Shown: piece after piece, positions 1 through 14,629 of the stretch | Layout of the letters: every line of letters starts with the position of its first letter | Position numbering within the stretch: the first letter of the stretch is position 1 | Source: the human T2T-CHM13v2.0 reference genome, Homo sapiens | DNA length: 64,000 nt | NCBI RefSeq assembly: GCF_009914755.1 | Contig: NC_060937.1 | Reading direction: 5' to 3' (one strand) | Program-made: the position numbers and the translations under genes | Notes under the pieces: model-generated | Told to the model about the DNA's origin: nothing | The model's database searches: none | Seen by the model: only the letters and a program-made list of their open reading frames with translations

Positions 1-508
1 GGCTGAAAAAAAATCTTTTTAGAAATTCCATTCTTGTCGATTCCACTAAGACGAAGGAAGAAACTGTTTTCTATCACTTCTTTTTGAAAAAAAATGAAAA
101 GAACAGTTTGATTATTTTCTTCTGTAATCTCTAGAGAAGGCTTGCATAGAACAGGCATTAATTAAACCATGATAATGTGGCTCAAAACAAAATGCTTGCT
201 ATTTAATAGTAAGAGCTGTTTTCATAATTACATATGTGGACTAGTTTATCTATATCCTCATTACCTCACAGTTAGTTAATTTTAGCTTAATTGGAGTGCC
301 AGGTAAGGTGGTTCATAGTTCTGAATACTAAAGAAGTACCAGAACACATTATTTTCCAATCATCCCAGTGAGCATCAGACATTACAATTTTAATACTACT
401 TTTGAGTAACCAAAAAGACTGAGATTTGTGAATAAATAATTCCTAATTGATCTCTCTAGTCTGGGTCTGTGGTTTACTGTAACAGAAAGAATATTGATCT
501 AAATGTCA

Positions 509-782
509 GGTCGGGGGAGGTGGCTCATGCCTGTAATCCCAGAACTTTGGGAGGCCAAGTTGGTCGGCTCACCTGAGGTCAGGAGTTCGAGACCAGCCTG
601 GCCAACATGGCGGAACCCCCCATCTCCACTAAAAATACAAAAACTAGCCAGGTGTGGTGGTGCACACCTGTAGTCCCAGCTACTCAGGGGGCTGAGGCAG
701 GAGAATCACTCAGGAGGCAGAGGTTGAAGTGATCCCAGATGGCGCCACTGCACTCCAGCCTGGGTGATAGAGTGGGACTTTG

Positions 783-813
<31 letters not shown>
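509..813 (+). mobile_element. AluS SINE (Sx/Sz-like), near full length
   Basis: GGCTCATGCCTGTAATCCC head, CACCTGAGGTCAGGAGTTCGAGACCAGCCTGGCCAAC, central TAAAAATACAAAA, pure poly-A tail 786-813; small deletion in right arm. Confidence 0.95.
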
Positions 814-815
<2 letters not shown>

Positions 816-1239
816 AGGAACCTGATTTCAAACTGGCTGTAGCCAAGACAATTTATCTGAGTCTCCATTTCCTTACCTATCAATAAAGGACCCGGAAGAC
901 ATTGGGTCTCTGGAAGCAACACAATTGTGTTTTGCTTTTCTGACCAGTTCAGCACTGGTCAGACAAGAAGAAAGCCTTAGGTACCCTTGATTCTTTCATC
1001 TGCATAGGTCTAGCAGCCCTGAGTCCTCTACTTACCTAGCTCAGTGGATTAACCTTTTGTGTTGTCAAACACAGTGATGTCTGCAGCTGCTAAATGATTG
1101 CCCCTTGTAAGCTACGACACTCCTGATGACTTCTACTCATCTAGTGGGTTTACACTTACTTGTGTTTGTTCCCAAACTTAATTATGCAGGTCTTATACAT
1201 AATTGTAATTATGTTATTGAATTAAATAGTATGTAAACA

Positions 1240-1500
1240 AATAATATGAGCATGTAAGGAAAATAATTGTTACTATGACTAAGTTGAATGCTCTGAGGGA
1301 ATTAGTAAAAGTGAGTCTCTAAAATTGCTCTTTATTTAGATGTGGCAACACAAGTGTAAAATAGTGTTTAAAATCTGAAAACATTATGCACTCAGCCTTG
1401 CATTCTATATTTAGGTTCTCAATCCATTTAAAGAAACTCAAGAATCTCAAGGTTTGAGAGGTTGTGCAGTACTCAATGGGCATACACACTCCAATTAATA
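1240..1500 (+). mobile_element. Ancient TcMar-Tigger-like DNA transposon fragment
   Basis: Degenerate resemblance to old Tigger internal sequence (AAAATTGCT..TTAGATGTGG..ACAAGTGTAAAA..TGCACTCAG..TTTAAAGAAAC); recalled from memory only. Confidence 0.35.
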
Positions 1501-1829
1501 CAACTGTAGAATATATTTAATAATTGAACAATTGTATTAATAACAAAAAAAATTTTCTTTCCATTTATGTGTATGATTTTTTTCTGAAGAAGCTACTCAG
1601 TTGTTAGAACATATATCTTTATTAAGTTTGGGAGCCAAACTACCCGATCAACAGTGCTGTTAGCTATTTCTTTTGGCTTAGGAGCACTGTGAAAAAAAGT
1701 ACTAGGGGACAACAAGCATTCTGTGAACTGAGAAAGTTTGGGAACTTCTCCACTGCAGGATGGCAGAGGTACAAGACAGAAGGAACCCATCTAACACCTG
1801 TATTGGTTGTTCTGGAAATTTTTTGTTAT

Positions 1830-1907
1830 AGCAGCTAATGTTACCTTAGCATCTAATGTTGCCTAGAGCAGCTAATGTTACCTGTAGCAGCTAATGTCAC
1901 TAATACA
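1830..1907 (+). repeat. Four-copy 18-19 bp minisatellite (AGCAGCTAATGTTACCT) in a MaLR LTR 3' end
   Basis: Units start at 1830, 1848, 1867, 1886; flanked by TTTGTTATAGCAGC and CTAATACA, typical of an MLT1 LTR terminus. Confidence 0.8.
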
Positions 1908-2699
1908 ATGATTTAAATTAATACAATAAATTGAATTTCTATTCGAAGGCAATCCTTAGGATGGAGCTGTGATTAAAGATGATCAATTAGGAATTACAAT
2001 TTATTCACAAATCTTAGTCTTTTTGGTTACTTGAAGGTAGTATTAAAGTTGTAATTTCTGATGCTTGCTGGGATATTTGGAAAATAATGTGTGACATAGT
2101 GCAGAACCAGAGGATGGGGAGCTCAGGATTAGGAAGCAGTTGCTCCAAGGATGTGACTAAGTCTCAAGCCTGTCTCTCACTAGCTCTAAAATCCATACAG
2201 ATCACTTCGCACTACTGAGCACTGATTTACATATCTGCAAAAGAAGGCATTCATCTATTGCTAGCATCTCTTCCAGGCCTAACACTGTATGTATCTAAAC
2301 ATAAATTGAGCCTGCACCCTGCTTCCCAAGGCTCTCACATGACTTCTTTCTAATCTGGCTCCTATTTCTTCCCTCTCACTTCTTCACAAGAGTCACCTTG
2401 CTTTTCTTTTCCTTACAGCTGGTACAACTACTGTATTTCTTAAGTTTCTGTCCAACCAAAACTAGGTATAGAATGGAAAGCCACCCCTAGTACTCTACAT
2501 TTATGTGATCCAGGAAACTAAGTATACATTTCGAGAGATTTTGTACTAACATCATTGGAATTTAAATCAGGGATAAACCAAAGCAACAAAGAAAATTCAC
2601 AATGTTTTCAAATACTATATTACAAATTGTAAAACAATATGGTTTTTGTTACTTTGCCATAAATCCCATTCCTTACTGGCCATTCTTCACTATTACCCT

Positions 2700-3692
2700 G
2701 GAGAAGGGAACAGTCAGAAAAGTAGATGCCGCATCTGGAGAAAAGAAGACATAATGTGGAAAAACTCTTGAAGAAAGTCAGCTGAAGAAGAAAGTCCATA
2801 CTTCTGACCCCCAGAGAAGCATAGAGGGGAGGAGAAAAGTCAGAAGGAGGCACAGGTGAAAAGATGTGTGTGTTTTGACTTTCCCTCTGGGCTAAGGACT
2901 GAGTGAAAGGAGAGAGCATATGGGATAGGCTAAGGGACAAAACAGAAATAGGAGGAGCTTTTGCTCTACTTTACAGGGCTCTGAAAGGAGACTGCATTAT
3001 GGATTGACATCAACCAGGGTGGCTGTAGCAGAGGACCATAGGTGAAGTGGAAGGGTGGGCAAGGGAGGATCTTAGAGCCTTCACTGGTGCTCAAGTATCC
3101 AGAAAGAGATGCAAAACATCCTACATATCTCTTGAACAATGTGGAAAGGAGTTTATAGGACTAGCTTTCCAGATGTTCTCTGGGCAAGAAGACCCTGTAA
3201 CCCCAGGCTGATGGGAGGCATCAAAGCCAGGCCTCAGAGCTGACATGGGCTTAGTTAGTGGTGGTGAAGCCTCAGGTTTGATGCCTAAAGAACAACAAAT
3301 GAGTTCACCAGTCACAGATGTGAACACCAGAAAAAGATCATCTCTTCACAGGCCAGAGAATTCAGAGGACATTACAAAATAATAGCTCCTTTGCCTGCTA
3401 CCTGAAGTCTTACAAGCCATTCTCTCCCAGTAAGATGTTACCTTGGAAAAATGCAAAGGGAGGAGAAAATCCTTTTAAAATGAGGTTTTATTTAACAAGT
3501 GACAGAAAGACAAATATTTAACAACATTATTTAAGTAAACAAATCAGATTCGATGTATTGGATTTGACCAATACTTTTTCTCCCTTACTCCATTACTACC
3601 TCCATAAGGAACACTAGACCAGTTATGAAAAATAAAGATGGTATTTTTTTTGCACATCTGAATATAGCATACAATATTTTAACTATCCTACA
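2700..3692 (+). mobile_element. Old LTR remnant (LTR78-like), boundaries uncertain
   Basis: Purine-rich body ending GAAAAATAAAGATG..TTTGCACATCTGAA..CCTACA, resembling an ancient LTR 3' end. Confidence 0.35.
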
Positions 3693-3740
3693 CTGACACT
3701 AATCAACATGCTGTGCCAGATACTATGCTAAGTACTTTGA

Positions 3741-4065
<325 letters not shown>

Positions 4066-4209
4066 TATTAGGGTCCTTTTCTTAATCAATGGAAGTCCGA
4101 TGGCCTTTAATCTCCTCTTCCTTGAAATCAAGCCTCTTCTCTCCCCATCCTCTGGTTCTGCACAATGTCACACAGGAACCCTCTTCCATGGAGGTTCCAT
4201 TCTCTAATA

Positions 4210-4384
4210 CAATGTTTTCCCAACTTCACTGGTGATAAAAAGTCTTCTCTGATGCTTCTTCAAACTAGGGCTTCTTAGACCACTCAGTGACAGACCCTGA
4301 CTCAGAGTGCCTGGAATGGGGTCCAGGTATTTTTAACAAGTACCCCAAGTGACCCATCACCAGAGAAATTTAGAAAAACCTTGT
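4210..4384. mobile_element. MER5-family hAT-Charlie relic
   Basis: GACTCAGAGT..GGGTCCAGG..TTTTAACAAGTACCCCAAGTGA..TTTAGAAAAACC pattern. Confidence 0.55.
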
Positions 4385-4429
4385 TCTATCATCTAATCCA
4401 TAAATTGCAATCTGTCCTTACAATCATCT

Positions 4430-5313
4430 ACATTTCAGTAAGATGGTGCCACCGTTGATCCTGATGCATAAGCCAAAGTCTTAGAAATGCTGCATTCTCC
4501 CTCGCTCCTATATACAATGCACTACCCACACCTTTGATCCTGTCATCAATTTATATCTCAAATAATCAATTTCTTGCCTTCTACTCTGTTAACACCATCA
4601 TCTTCTAGCCAAAATTTCGACAACTCTTGACAATGTGTATGCTTCTACTCTTCTGCTTTTTCACTATATTCCATATTTAGTAGCCAGAGTCATCTTCTTA
4701 AAACATAAATCAAATTTTGTCAAGCTCATGTTACAGTTCTGATTAAATCTTTTAAGGGATTATACTTCAGGTAGAACTCAAACTTCTTTCTCGTGGTTCA
4801 CAGATCCTGCATGTTCTGGCCTTGACTGCCTCACCAGCTTCCCTCAAGCCCTTTTTCCTCCCCACTCATCATCCCATCCACACTGGTTTTCTTTGAGGGT
4901 TCCCAACACAACAGGCTCTTGCTTGACTCATGGCTTTTTGTACAAACTCCTTTTTCCCCTACATATAGCATTGTTTGGATGACTAGTTGCTGCTCATCCT
5001 TTGGCTCTCACCTTCAATTTCACTTCCTGGGGGAAGACTGCCCTGCCACCCTATAAAAAGTAGACTGTTATCTATCACCCTATAAATAGTAGAATTGTCT
5101 TCTCAGTCTTAGGCTATTGTTCTTATTCTTCATAACACTTATCACAATTTTTAAATATTTATGTTTGTTTAGTCTTATGTGCATTCATTTATTCACTTTT
5201 TGCTTTCCAAATAAAATGAGAACTCCATGAATATAAAGGCTGCATCATTTGTGCACAATATAGCACATGGCTCTCAGTAAATATCTGTTGAATTAATGAA
5301 TAAATAAATAAAA
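4430..5313 (+). mobile_element. L2 LINE 3' fragment
   Basis: Pyrimidine-rich L2 body ending CTCAGTAAATATCTGTTGAATTAATGAATAAATAAA. Confidence 0.75.
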
Positions 5314-7331
5314 CATGGAATCATTAGACCTTTGAGCTGTCTTTATGTTTGTGAGAAATGGAATCCCTTTTCAAACTTCTCCCTGGAAAACACAATTTGT
5401 AGAATTTTCTCACAGACATGATAGAAAAAAAAAAGTATAAATATACCAATTCTCCAAAGTGAATAAAATCAGAATAAAGGGGAGGTGGGCAGAACAAAAG
5501 GAATCTAGGTAACTTTCTAGAAAAAGCAATATTCTGGCTCCTTAAAAACTTGCAAGATAATCCACATTCTGTTCTCAAATTCTAATTACCACCATACATG
5601 AAGATTCTAATCCATAGAATTATGTCTATAGGTCTATTTCATAACAATTGAGTTAAAACACACAAACCCCCATTTGCTATTCTTTTCCTCTGTTCTCTGA
5701 GAGACGCACCACAAAAGGGAATTGTTTTATGTTCATATCTATGTATCAATAATTCTATGGTAAGTTGCTTCATCTAGAATTTTGAAAAGTCATGTTTATT
5801 CCCCCCTTAGGGAAACTGTCATAATTGAACATCACTTTCAGGAGTTTGTGACCATCCATGATGGTCTTTATACTCAGACTTTATTTTTACTGCTTCTGAG
5901 CACATATCATGGTTGGTCTTCTGAGTTCCATAAGATTCTTTTTCTGTCACTGTTTAAATTCACTACCATAAGGCTTTTTATTAATTTTTTGTGGCTTTGC
6001 CTTTTTCATGCTTCTTAAAATTAAATTGTTTAGTACCATTTTATATACAACTTGAAAGCTTAAGTGAATTACTTTCAAAGAGTTCATGGACTTTTTGAAA
6101 CACTTGGACTATACAAGGAACAATCTTATTTCACACATTTAAAGGGTCATATTCGAGAAAGAGTAAATTACATCCTCGCTTAGTGTCAAAAGATAATTGG
6201 AAAAATCTCTTCATTTCCATTTTTTGATCATGAATTTTCTCTTTCTCTGCCAATGAAGGATTCTGAAATTGTCCTATCACCACGATGGTTGGTTGATGGC
6301 TATTTCCAGATTCCTTCTTTGACATTAATGAATGTGCCGTAGTTCTTCAAAATGCTGTTATTTATGGTTTATCGTGTGGTGTTAAATCCTTTCTAACCTG
6401 ACACCTCTAGGACATATATTATTCCTCCAGCTGTATTTACTTTCTAAAATGAGATTTGGGATGAGTTACTGATCTTCACAATCCAATGAAATGACTTCAT
6501 CTACTGAAATTTTATTCACCTGGACTGACAAAGGAGTTGGGCTTTCACTAACTGAAGAGTGGTCTTTAAATGACACTAGTATCTAACGGCACTAGTGGTA
6601 TCCACTGAAAATTGACATTCAAAAGAGGATCATTTCAATAGCGTTTACAATTTACAAATTTGAGGATATGATTCATTTCATAAAATGTACACTTGAGAAA
6701 AATAAAACCTCATTAAGGAGTAAATGCTGGTCAATTAGCCTTACTCGCTACTTAGATTTTTCCACATACTTAGAGTCAAAGACCTGCCAGTTAGGAAAAG
6801 TGGAAAATAGTCATTTTCATATATTTATAGATGCCAAAGTAAAATATTTAAATACATTTGGTGACTTTGTTGATAACAGGTATCAAAAATGATATATTTT
6901 TGCTTACTCTTCACACCAACAATTCCAAAGATGTCAAAGTGGACTTCTAAGAAAAGATTTCACTATGTGAATGTTTACTCCCACTTAAAATAGTGAAAAA
7001 TCAGTAACCTCTTTACTAAGCAAAAAACAGGAATTTAGCTAAATAAATCACAATACATCCATGGGATGGAAAACTATGAAGTCATCAAAAAGATGTGGTG
7101 GAATATGCAATGATACAGAAAGATCTTAACATAGTTATTCAGGAAGTATGTTATGTTCTAGACACTGTGTTTAGTATGTTCTAGACACTGTGCTGTGCTG
7201 GGTCCTAGATTCTCAATGATGATGAAGACAGAACTCCTGACCTGGAGATTAAAAAAAATACAAGAAATACAAGAAAAAGGCATCTGTTTAGTAAATTTTA
7301 ATTTTTTATATCCTTTTATATAAATACACAC

Positions 7332-7797
7332 TGTTAAACAAAAGTATGGGAGGCCATTGTTTTGGACACAGCTCCTACACTAGGCCCCTACAGATCAGAC
7401 CAAACCAAAATGGAACACTCATGCTAAATGCCACATAATCAAACAGAAACTTTAAGAAAGGAGATAGATTCCCAAACAGCACAGGTTTTCCGGATAAACA
7501 GGAGATTCCAGTCTACCTGGGTCAGTGTAATAAGAAAGTCCTCTCTGCTTTAACATCCTCCCTCAAAAAAAAAAAAAGCAACTGAAGTAACCTAACATTA
7601 ACCAATTTGCTTTTTTTCTATTGCTCTGTTTCCTTGCTTCCACCTTACAAAACCCACCTTACAAAACCCACGGCTCTCCATTGCCCAGTCATATCTCTCA
7701 TTCAGTTTTGTAGAATGAAGCTTGCTCCAATTCATGAATCACAAATAGAAGCCAATTAGATTTAAAACTAAATTTGTTGTAATTTTGTCTTTTGACA
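7332..7797 (+). mobile_element. ERV1 (MER4-group; MER57/MER93-like) solo LTR
   Basis: TG...CA termini (TGTTAAACAAAA..TTTTGACA), GGGAGGCCATTGTTTTGGAC..CAGACCAAACCAAAATGG motif, near-TSD ACAC/ACAT. Confidence 0.75.
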
Positions 7798-7887
7798 ACA
7801 TATAAAATCACTGGTGAACACATTATTCTTGATGATAGAACTGCAAAATTTTTCTTCCTTTTGCTACATTTGCTAAAATAATGATGC

Positions 7888-8181
<294 letters not shown>

Positions 8182-9331
8182 GCTTTACTTTTATTAAAAG
8201 GATATAATTTTCAGCAAAATGTAACAAATCTATATATCATGGTCATTGTATCACTTGAGAATGTTGAAACTATAAATGCTAAATAAGTAGATGCCAAGAT
8301 ATTCACAGCATCTAAGGCATAATGTGATTAAAAACAAGAAAAGTGTTCACTTCTCTTCAGCCAGTCATCTACCTTCATTGAGTGCTTGTATGCAAAGCAT
8401 CAGAGAAAATACTATCGTTTACTTTCTAGCTTATTCTCCCTTTTATAAAATGCTTTGAATGTGAAGCAAAAATTGGGAGATAGTGCATGATCATAACTTA
8501 AGCTGAAGGGCATATATAAGCAGTAATTTTAATTATTATCTTCTAATGATGAATACACTTGCTCACACCCCATAAAAATATTTGGCCACCAACCGATGTG
8601 ACTTCAGGGTAAGTTGATGTTCGCTTCACTCCCACATGGATTTTATTAAGATTCATTAAGGTATCTTGTTAACTACACCTTCTCATTTACTGTGAGATGT
8701 ATTTTTTTCCTTTCATAAATCCGAAGTGAATTCAAATGAATAAAATAATGTAAATTAAAGAGCTTGGATGTTTGGTAAAACCTAAGGGAGATTATATTTA
8801 TTGTGTGGCATAACGCTGACTATAATGAAGACAAGACTTTCTCCCTAGTGTTCATTTTGTGTGTTAAATGTTTTAATCATTTTGAGCATAAGGGCTTTCC
8901 TTCATTATTATTGCAATGCAGGGAAGGTCTAAGGTTGTGTTTCTTATACAATCAATGATAAGAGCAATTTACATTTAGAAAATGATTTGTATTCAGATGT
9001 TTCCAAAGCTCTTTGTATGCATTTTTTGGTTGCTCTTGCCTGTTTGTTTATTATAAACTTCTTCCACCTGACAATTTAAATAAAGGTCACAGTTTTATGA
9101 ACCCCACTGGCTGGCTGTATTAGATTTTTAAATATCAGGACTCAGTGTGTAGGTTGGGATGAGGCTGGGAGGTTGGGAGAAGTATGCTTAAGCTGTAGTT
9201 TAATGTTGCATTTTTTGTTTTTATTCTTTTGTGTTCCAAGAAATATTTATGAAGTTTTTTGCTTCAGTAAAGATTGTTGTTTAAAGCTTTTTAATTCTTT
9301 ATTTATTTGTTTAAAGCCACTCTAACTTTGG

Positions 9332-9533
9332 GGGCACAGTAGTTTTAAAAAGCCTGAAGGCACATTGAGTTTGGTTTAAATCCTAACTCTTTGATCTTGA
9401 GCAAGTTATTTAATCCAGGTCTAGATTTTTCATGGCTAACAGAGGAACTGAATACCTACTTCACAGGGTTGTCATTTGGAATGAATAAGACAATGCACAG
9501 AAAGTGTCAGGTGTTTAATTGATGATAGTTATT
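9332..9533 (+). mobile_element. MIR SINE
   Basis: CTTGAGCAAGTTATTTAA..ATACCTACTTCACAGGGTTGT MIR core. Confidence 0.65.
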
Positions 9534-10070
9534 GGCAGCATCACCCATTGCTTAGTGTGAAATCATGCTATTATAGAAATAAAGACAATGGCAGACAGTA
9601 TCAATCTATTTTCAATGATTATTTTATTACCTCACTGAATCTGAATTTCACCCTAAAACTTAAAAAAATACATTCTCCAGAGAGAAAAAATAAACTTAGT
9701 AATCCCAGCCTGTGCTTGCTTTGGGGACAACCAATAACGGGGTAACAATTAAGTGATTCTTGGTGATCATTCCTTATGAAATTTTATGTCAACCAAAAAT
9801 GATATGCTAGGCAAGGGAGTCTAGCCAGCCTGCACCATCTCACCCAGTATGACTCCCACTCTGCTCGGGGATGGAGGATTAGAAAATACAAAACAGAATA
9901 TTCTGAGATTTCTTCCAGTGATGAACATATATTGCTCTTGAAATAAGAAAACAATTGTTTTTAAAAACTAAGATAATCTTCCAAAAAAAAAAAAAAAAAA
10001 ACTAGAGTCCCATCTATGCAAGCTCTTTTCCAAGCAGAAAATTAACTATGAATCAAAAATAGCAAAAACA

Positions 10071-10247
10071 ATAATAATAGCTGTCAGTTTAATAGAACAC
10101 TAACTATATGTCACGCATGTTTGTTGTGCTCAATTCCTGACCTAGATTATCTCAACTGACCTTCACTATACGTGTGAGTTAGAGACCATAATTATACCCA
10201 TGTTACAGATGGAAAAACAGAATTTGAGAGGTAAAGTACCCAAGTCT
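10071..10247 (-). mobile_element. MIR SINE
   Basis: CCCATGTTACAGATGGAAAAACAG..GAGAGGTAAAGT core, antisense. Confidence 0.6.
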
Positions 10248-10481
10248 TCTTATTCCAGAATCCCTGTCTCTTTCATATAGACCCTCAGCTGTCTTGGCAG
10301 AGCCAACATGTTGAGGATAAAGTATTCAACTTGACAAATTCCCCAGTACCAGATCCAGAGGAGCACAATGAACCCCATGTTCTTCTTATCCATCTGTAAG
10401 GATAAGGATTCTAATGTAAAGTCCTGTCCAGGACCATCTTATGACCCACAATCAGTAGCACCTCCGGAAAAAGGAATTCAG

Positions 10482-11024
<543 letters not shown>

Positions 11025-11114
11025 GGGACCTGTGTTTTTAATGTTTGTATCCCTAGATCCTATAACAGGGCCAGACATAGAGTCAGTATCAATAATAATT
11101 GTAGACACCTAAAA

Positions 11115-11250
11115 AATGCTTACTTTGGGCCAGGCACTCAAAGCACTTTATACATATACAAAGTGATGTCAACTTATTTAATCCAGGCAATAACCCTATA
11201 AGGAAGATACTGTTATTATCTCACTTTCAGGTGAAAAAACTGATACATGA
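11115..11250 (-). mobile_element. MIR fragment
   Basis: CCAGGCACT..TATTATCTCACTTTCAGGTGAAAAAACTGA. Confidence 0.55.
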
Positions 11251-12324
11251 GTAAGAAATGGAAGAAGAGAAGGAAGAAAGGGATGGAGGGAGGGGAGAGA
11301 GAAGGAGGAAAGGAAGACTATTTCAGAATATAGAATTTGGCCTCTCTGAAAAGATTCCTTTTGTGACCCTGCTTGTCTGCGAAGCCCAAACATGTGCCAT
11401 ACAAAATAGATCCCATTGCTTCAGCTCTGCCTGGTGCAGAGACAATTAATGATTTTGTATGATTCAGAGTTTACATCCCACTTGCATCATTAGTCACTGT
11501 TCTGATTTAAAATGTCACCAAAACTCGATGGCTTTTCTGGGCATATAGGCACAGCTGTGCCATTCTGTTTCTGTGATTTTTGAGGTTGTTTATATGACAT
11601 GCTGCACAATCACTCTGTAGGTAAAATCTCAACAAAGCTGTCTGAATGTCATCTCTAAAAAAGACCAAAGTTGGCAGCTGTAATGACACAAGGGACAGCA
11701 TTCTAGAGACAAGCAGGCAAGAAGTACTGGAAGCAAAAGAGCAGAGACAACCAGGGAGCAGAATCCATCCAGGTGGAAGCTTGGGTCCCAGCAAGTCAGA
11801 GAACCTTGAAAAGGGATTAGACAGGAAGGTTGAACTAAAAAGTTTGCCAAGCAGGCTGTGGTTCCCCAGTCGTAGAGCTGCTGTTCAGGGTAAGGTCTGC
11901 AGTCCCTGGGAGTCGGGAAAAACTGGAAGGCGAAGTGGGAAGTTGGCCCCAAGTACAGGCAGGAACCCAGATCCTCATTTTGGAGTACAAAATCAAGCCA
12001 AAATTGTCCATAATCTCCATTTGATCTTAGTCACTTAAACTAATGAGCTAATTGGGGCTCCTCAAATTCTTCTAACTATGAGATTAGTCCCAGAAGGTAG
12101 TGTAGGCTGGATTTTTGATGTGCATGTTTACTTTGGGTTCAGGTATCTTATTTATGTCTACTTGCTTTTCAGTTGATTCTCATGGCTCTTTCAGTTAGCA
12201 TATGGCATCTTTTGCAAATGATAATCATGCTGTCTCCACTTTCCCAATTATTATAACCTCCTTTCCTCCTCCTCTTTGCATTGTATAGAGCTTCAAGAAC
12301 AGACAGAGCCATGTTCCCTCACTC

Positions 12325-12600
12325 AAAACTCTTGGGACCAGATATGTTTTCGAATTAAGAATTTTTAAAATTTTAAATGTATTAATACTATTTCTCATAT
12401 AAGGTATAAAGCAGGGCTCCTTAACCAAAGATATTAACATTTCTTTAATAAAAATAAAATGAATGTTCTAGGGATGAATAAACACTCTATAGCACCTCAT
12501 ACCAATTTAGGGCAGGTTTTGCTGCCAAATCAGTTATTGAAAAAAAAAATTCTGGTTTTCAGAGCATTGAGATTTCATAATTGCAGATAGGCAACTGTGA
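12325..12600. mobile_element. MER46C-like TcMar-Tigger DNA transposon
   Basis: CAAAACTCTTGGGACCAGATATGTTTT and GGTTTTCAGAGCATT..ATAATTGCAGATA ends. Confidence 0.6.
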
Positions 12601-12831
12601 ATACAACAAAGGAAGAAACAGTGGCTATAATGGGCATCTTTTTTGAAAAGAGAAAAACAGATGATACTGGAGACTGTTTACATGTAGAGGAAGGAAATGC
12701 TAAAAGAGAATGAAATTGTATGGACAAAGGAGAAGGGAAGACTGAGGCAGCATTTCCCAAAAGGGTGGAAACACACAGACCCCCAGAGCCCACACATTCT
12801 GGACAAATGAAAGAGGAGTCCTAGCTTTGTG

Positions 12832-14629
12832 TTAAAATGACAAATTATAGGTGTATATATGTATGAGGTACATATGTTATGATTTTTTATTACAATCTTC
12901 AATGGTTAAATCAAGCTAATGAACATATTCCCCACCTCAAATATTTTACATTTTTATACCAACATTGAAATTATTCTTTTAGTGAAATTTAAATGTACAG
13001 TGCTCAATTGTTAATTATATTCACCATGCTGTGTATTAATCTCAAAAAAGGAAAACTGTAAAAATCAAACTTATTTTGAACCTGAGGCTTTGTACACTTT
13101 GGCCATCATGCCCCCATTCTCCCCACCCCCAGCCTCTGGTAATAACCTTTCTACTCTCTGTTTTTGTGAATTCCACTGTTTCAGATTCCACATATAAATG
13201 AGAACACGAGGTGTCTGTCATTGTGTGTTTGGCTTTTTTCACTTCGTATGATGTTTGCCAATTCCATCCATGTTGTCACACATGACAGAATTCCATCATT
13301 TTTAAAGATGGAATAGTATTTCATTGTGTATATCTACATTTTCTTTATTCATTCATCCCTTTATGGATACTTAGGTTACTTTTGTATCTTGGCTATTGTG
13401 AATGGTGCTGCAATGAACATGGGAGTGCAGACATCTGTTTGACATACTGATTTCAAACCTTTTGGGTAAATACCCAGAAGTAGGATTTCTGGGCCATACA
13501 GTAATTCTATTTTTAGTTTTCTCGGGAACCTCCATATTGTTTTCCATAATGATTGTACTAATTTACATTCACACTACAGTCTTTTCTTACATCCAAGCTA
13601 ACATTTGTTTTCTTTTGTATTTTTGATAACCATTCTAATACATGTGAGGTGATATCTCATAGTGGTTTTAATTTGTATCTCCCTAATCATTAGTAGTGTT
13701 TAATATTTTTTCATATTTGTATGTCTTCTTTTGAGAAATGTCTATTAGGTCCCTTTCCCATTTCTTATTTTTTTATTTCTTTTATTTTAGATCCAAGAGG
13801 TACATTTGTAGGTTTGTTACATGAGTATATTGCATGACACTGAGGTTTGGGCTTCTAATGGTCCCATAGGCCAAGTAGTGAAAATAGTACCCAATAGGTA
13901 GTTTTTCAACCCTTACCCCCTTCATTCTCCCCTTTTGGAGTCCCCAGTGTCTATTTTTCCCATATTTTTGTCTGTGTGTACTCAATGTTTAGCTCCCACT
14001 TATAAGTGAGAACATGCAGTATTTGGTTTTCTATTTCGGTGTTAATTCACCTAGGATACTGTCTTGCCCATTTCTTAATCAGGTTGTTTTCTTTCTATAG
14101 AGTTGTTTGAGTTCCGTATATGTTTAGATATTAGTCTCTTACACTAATTGGGATGTATGAGTTGCAAACATTTTCTCCCAATTGGTAGGCTGTCTCTCCA
14201 CTCTGTTAATTGTTTTCTTTGATGTAGAGAAGTATTTTATTTTGATGTAATCCCATTTGTCTAGCTTTGCTTTTGTTGCTTACATTTTTGTGGCTGAAGC
14301 TAAAAAAATCATTGTCCAAACCAATGTTGTGTAGGTTTTCCCTTGTTTTCTCCTAGTAGGTTTACAGTTTCAGGTCTTATGTTGAAGTTTTTAACTCATT
14401 TTGAATTGATGTTTATATATGTAGTGTGAGATAAGAGTCCAATTTCATTCTTTTGTATATGGATATTGAGTTTTCCCAACACCATTCATTCAAGAGACTG
14501 TCCTTTTTCCATTATATATTCTTTGTCCCTTTGATCAATTGACTGTAGATACTTGGGTTCTTTTCTGAGCTTTCTATTCTGTCCCATTGGTTGCTGTGTC
14601 TATTTTTATGCCAGTACCATGCTGTTTTA
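12832..14629 (-). mobile_element. L1MA 3' portion (3'UTR plus end of ORF2)
   Basis: L1MA-type 3'UTR (TTAAATCAAGCTAATGAACAT..CACCTCA) and ORF2 C-terminus in antisense; interrupted at 13768-14062. Confidence 0.9.
13768..14062 (-). mobile_element. Short L1PA15/16- or L1PB-like 3'UTR insertion nested in L1MA
   Basis: Second L1 3' end with T-rich tail; 15-bp TSD CTT(T/G)CCCATTTCTTA at 13753-13767 and 14063-14077. Confidence 0.88.

Noticed and set aside
299-308. Strong donor CAG/GTAAGG
   Set aside because: Only very short candidate exons upstream; no independent support
11507-12038. Overlapping ORFs of 61-130 aa in a purine-rich block
   Set aside because: No protein similarity recognised; composition suggests an old LTR relic that I could not assign
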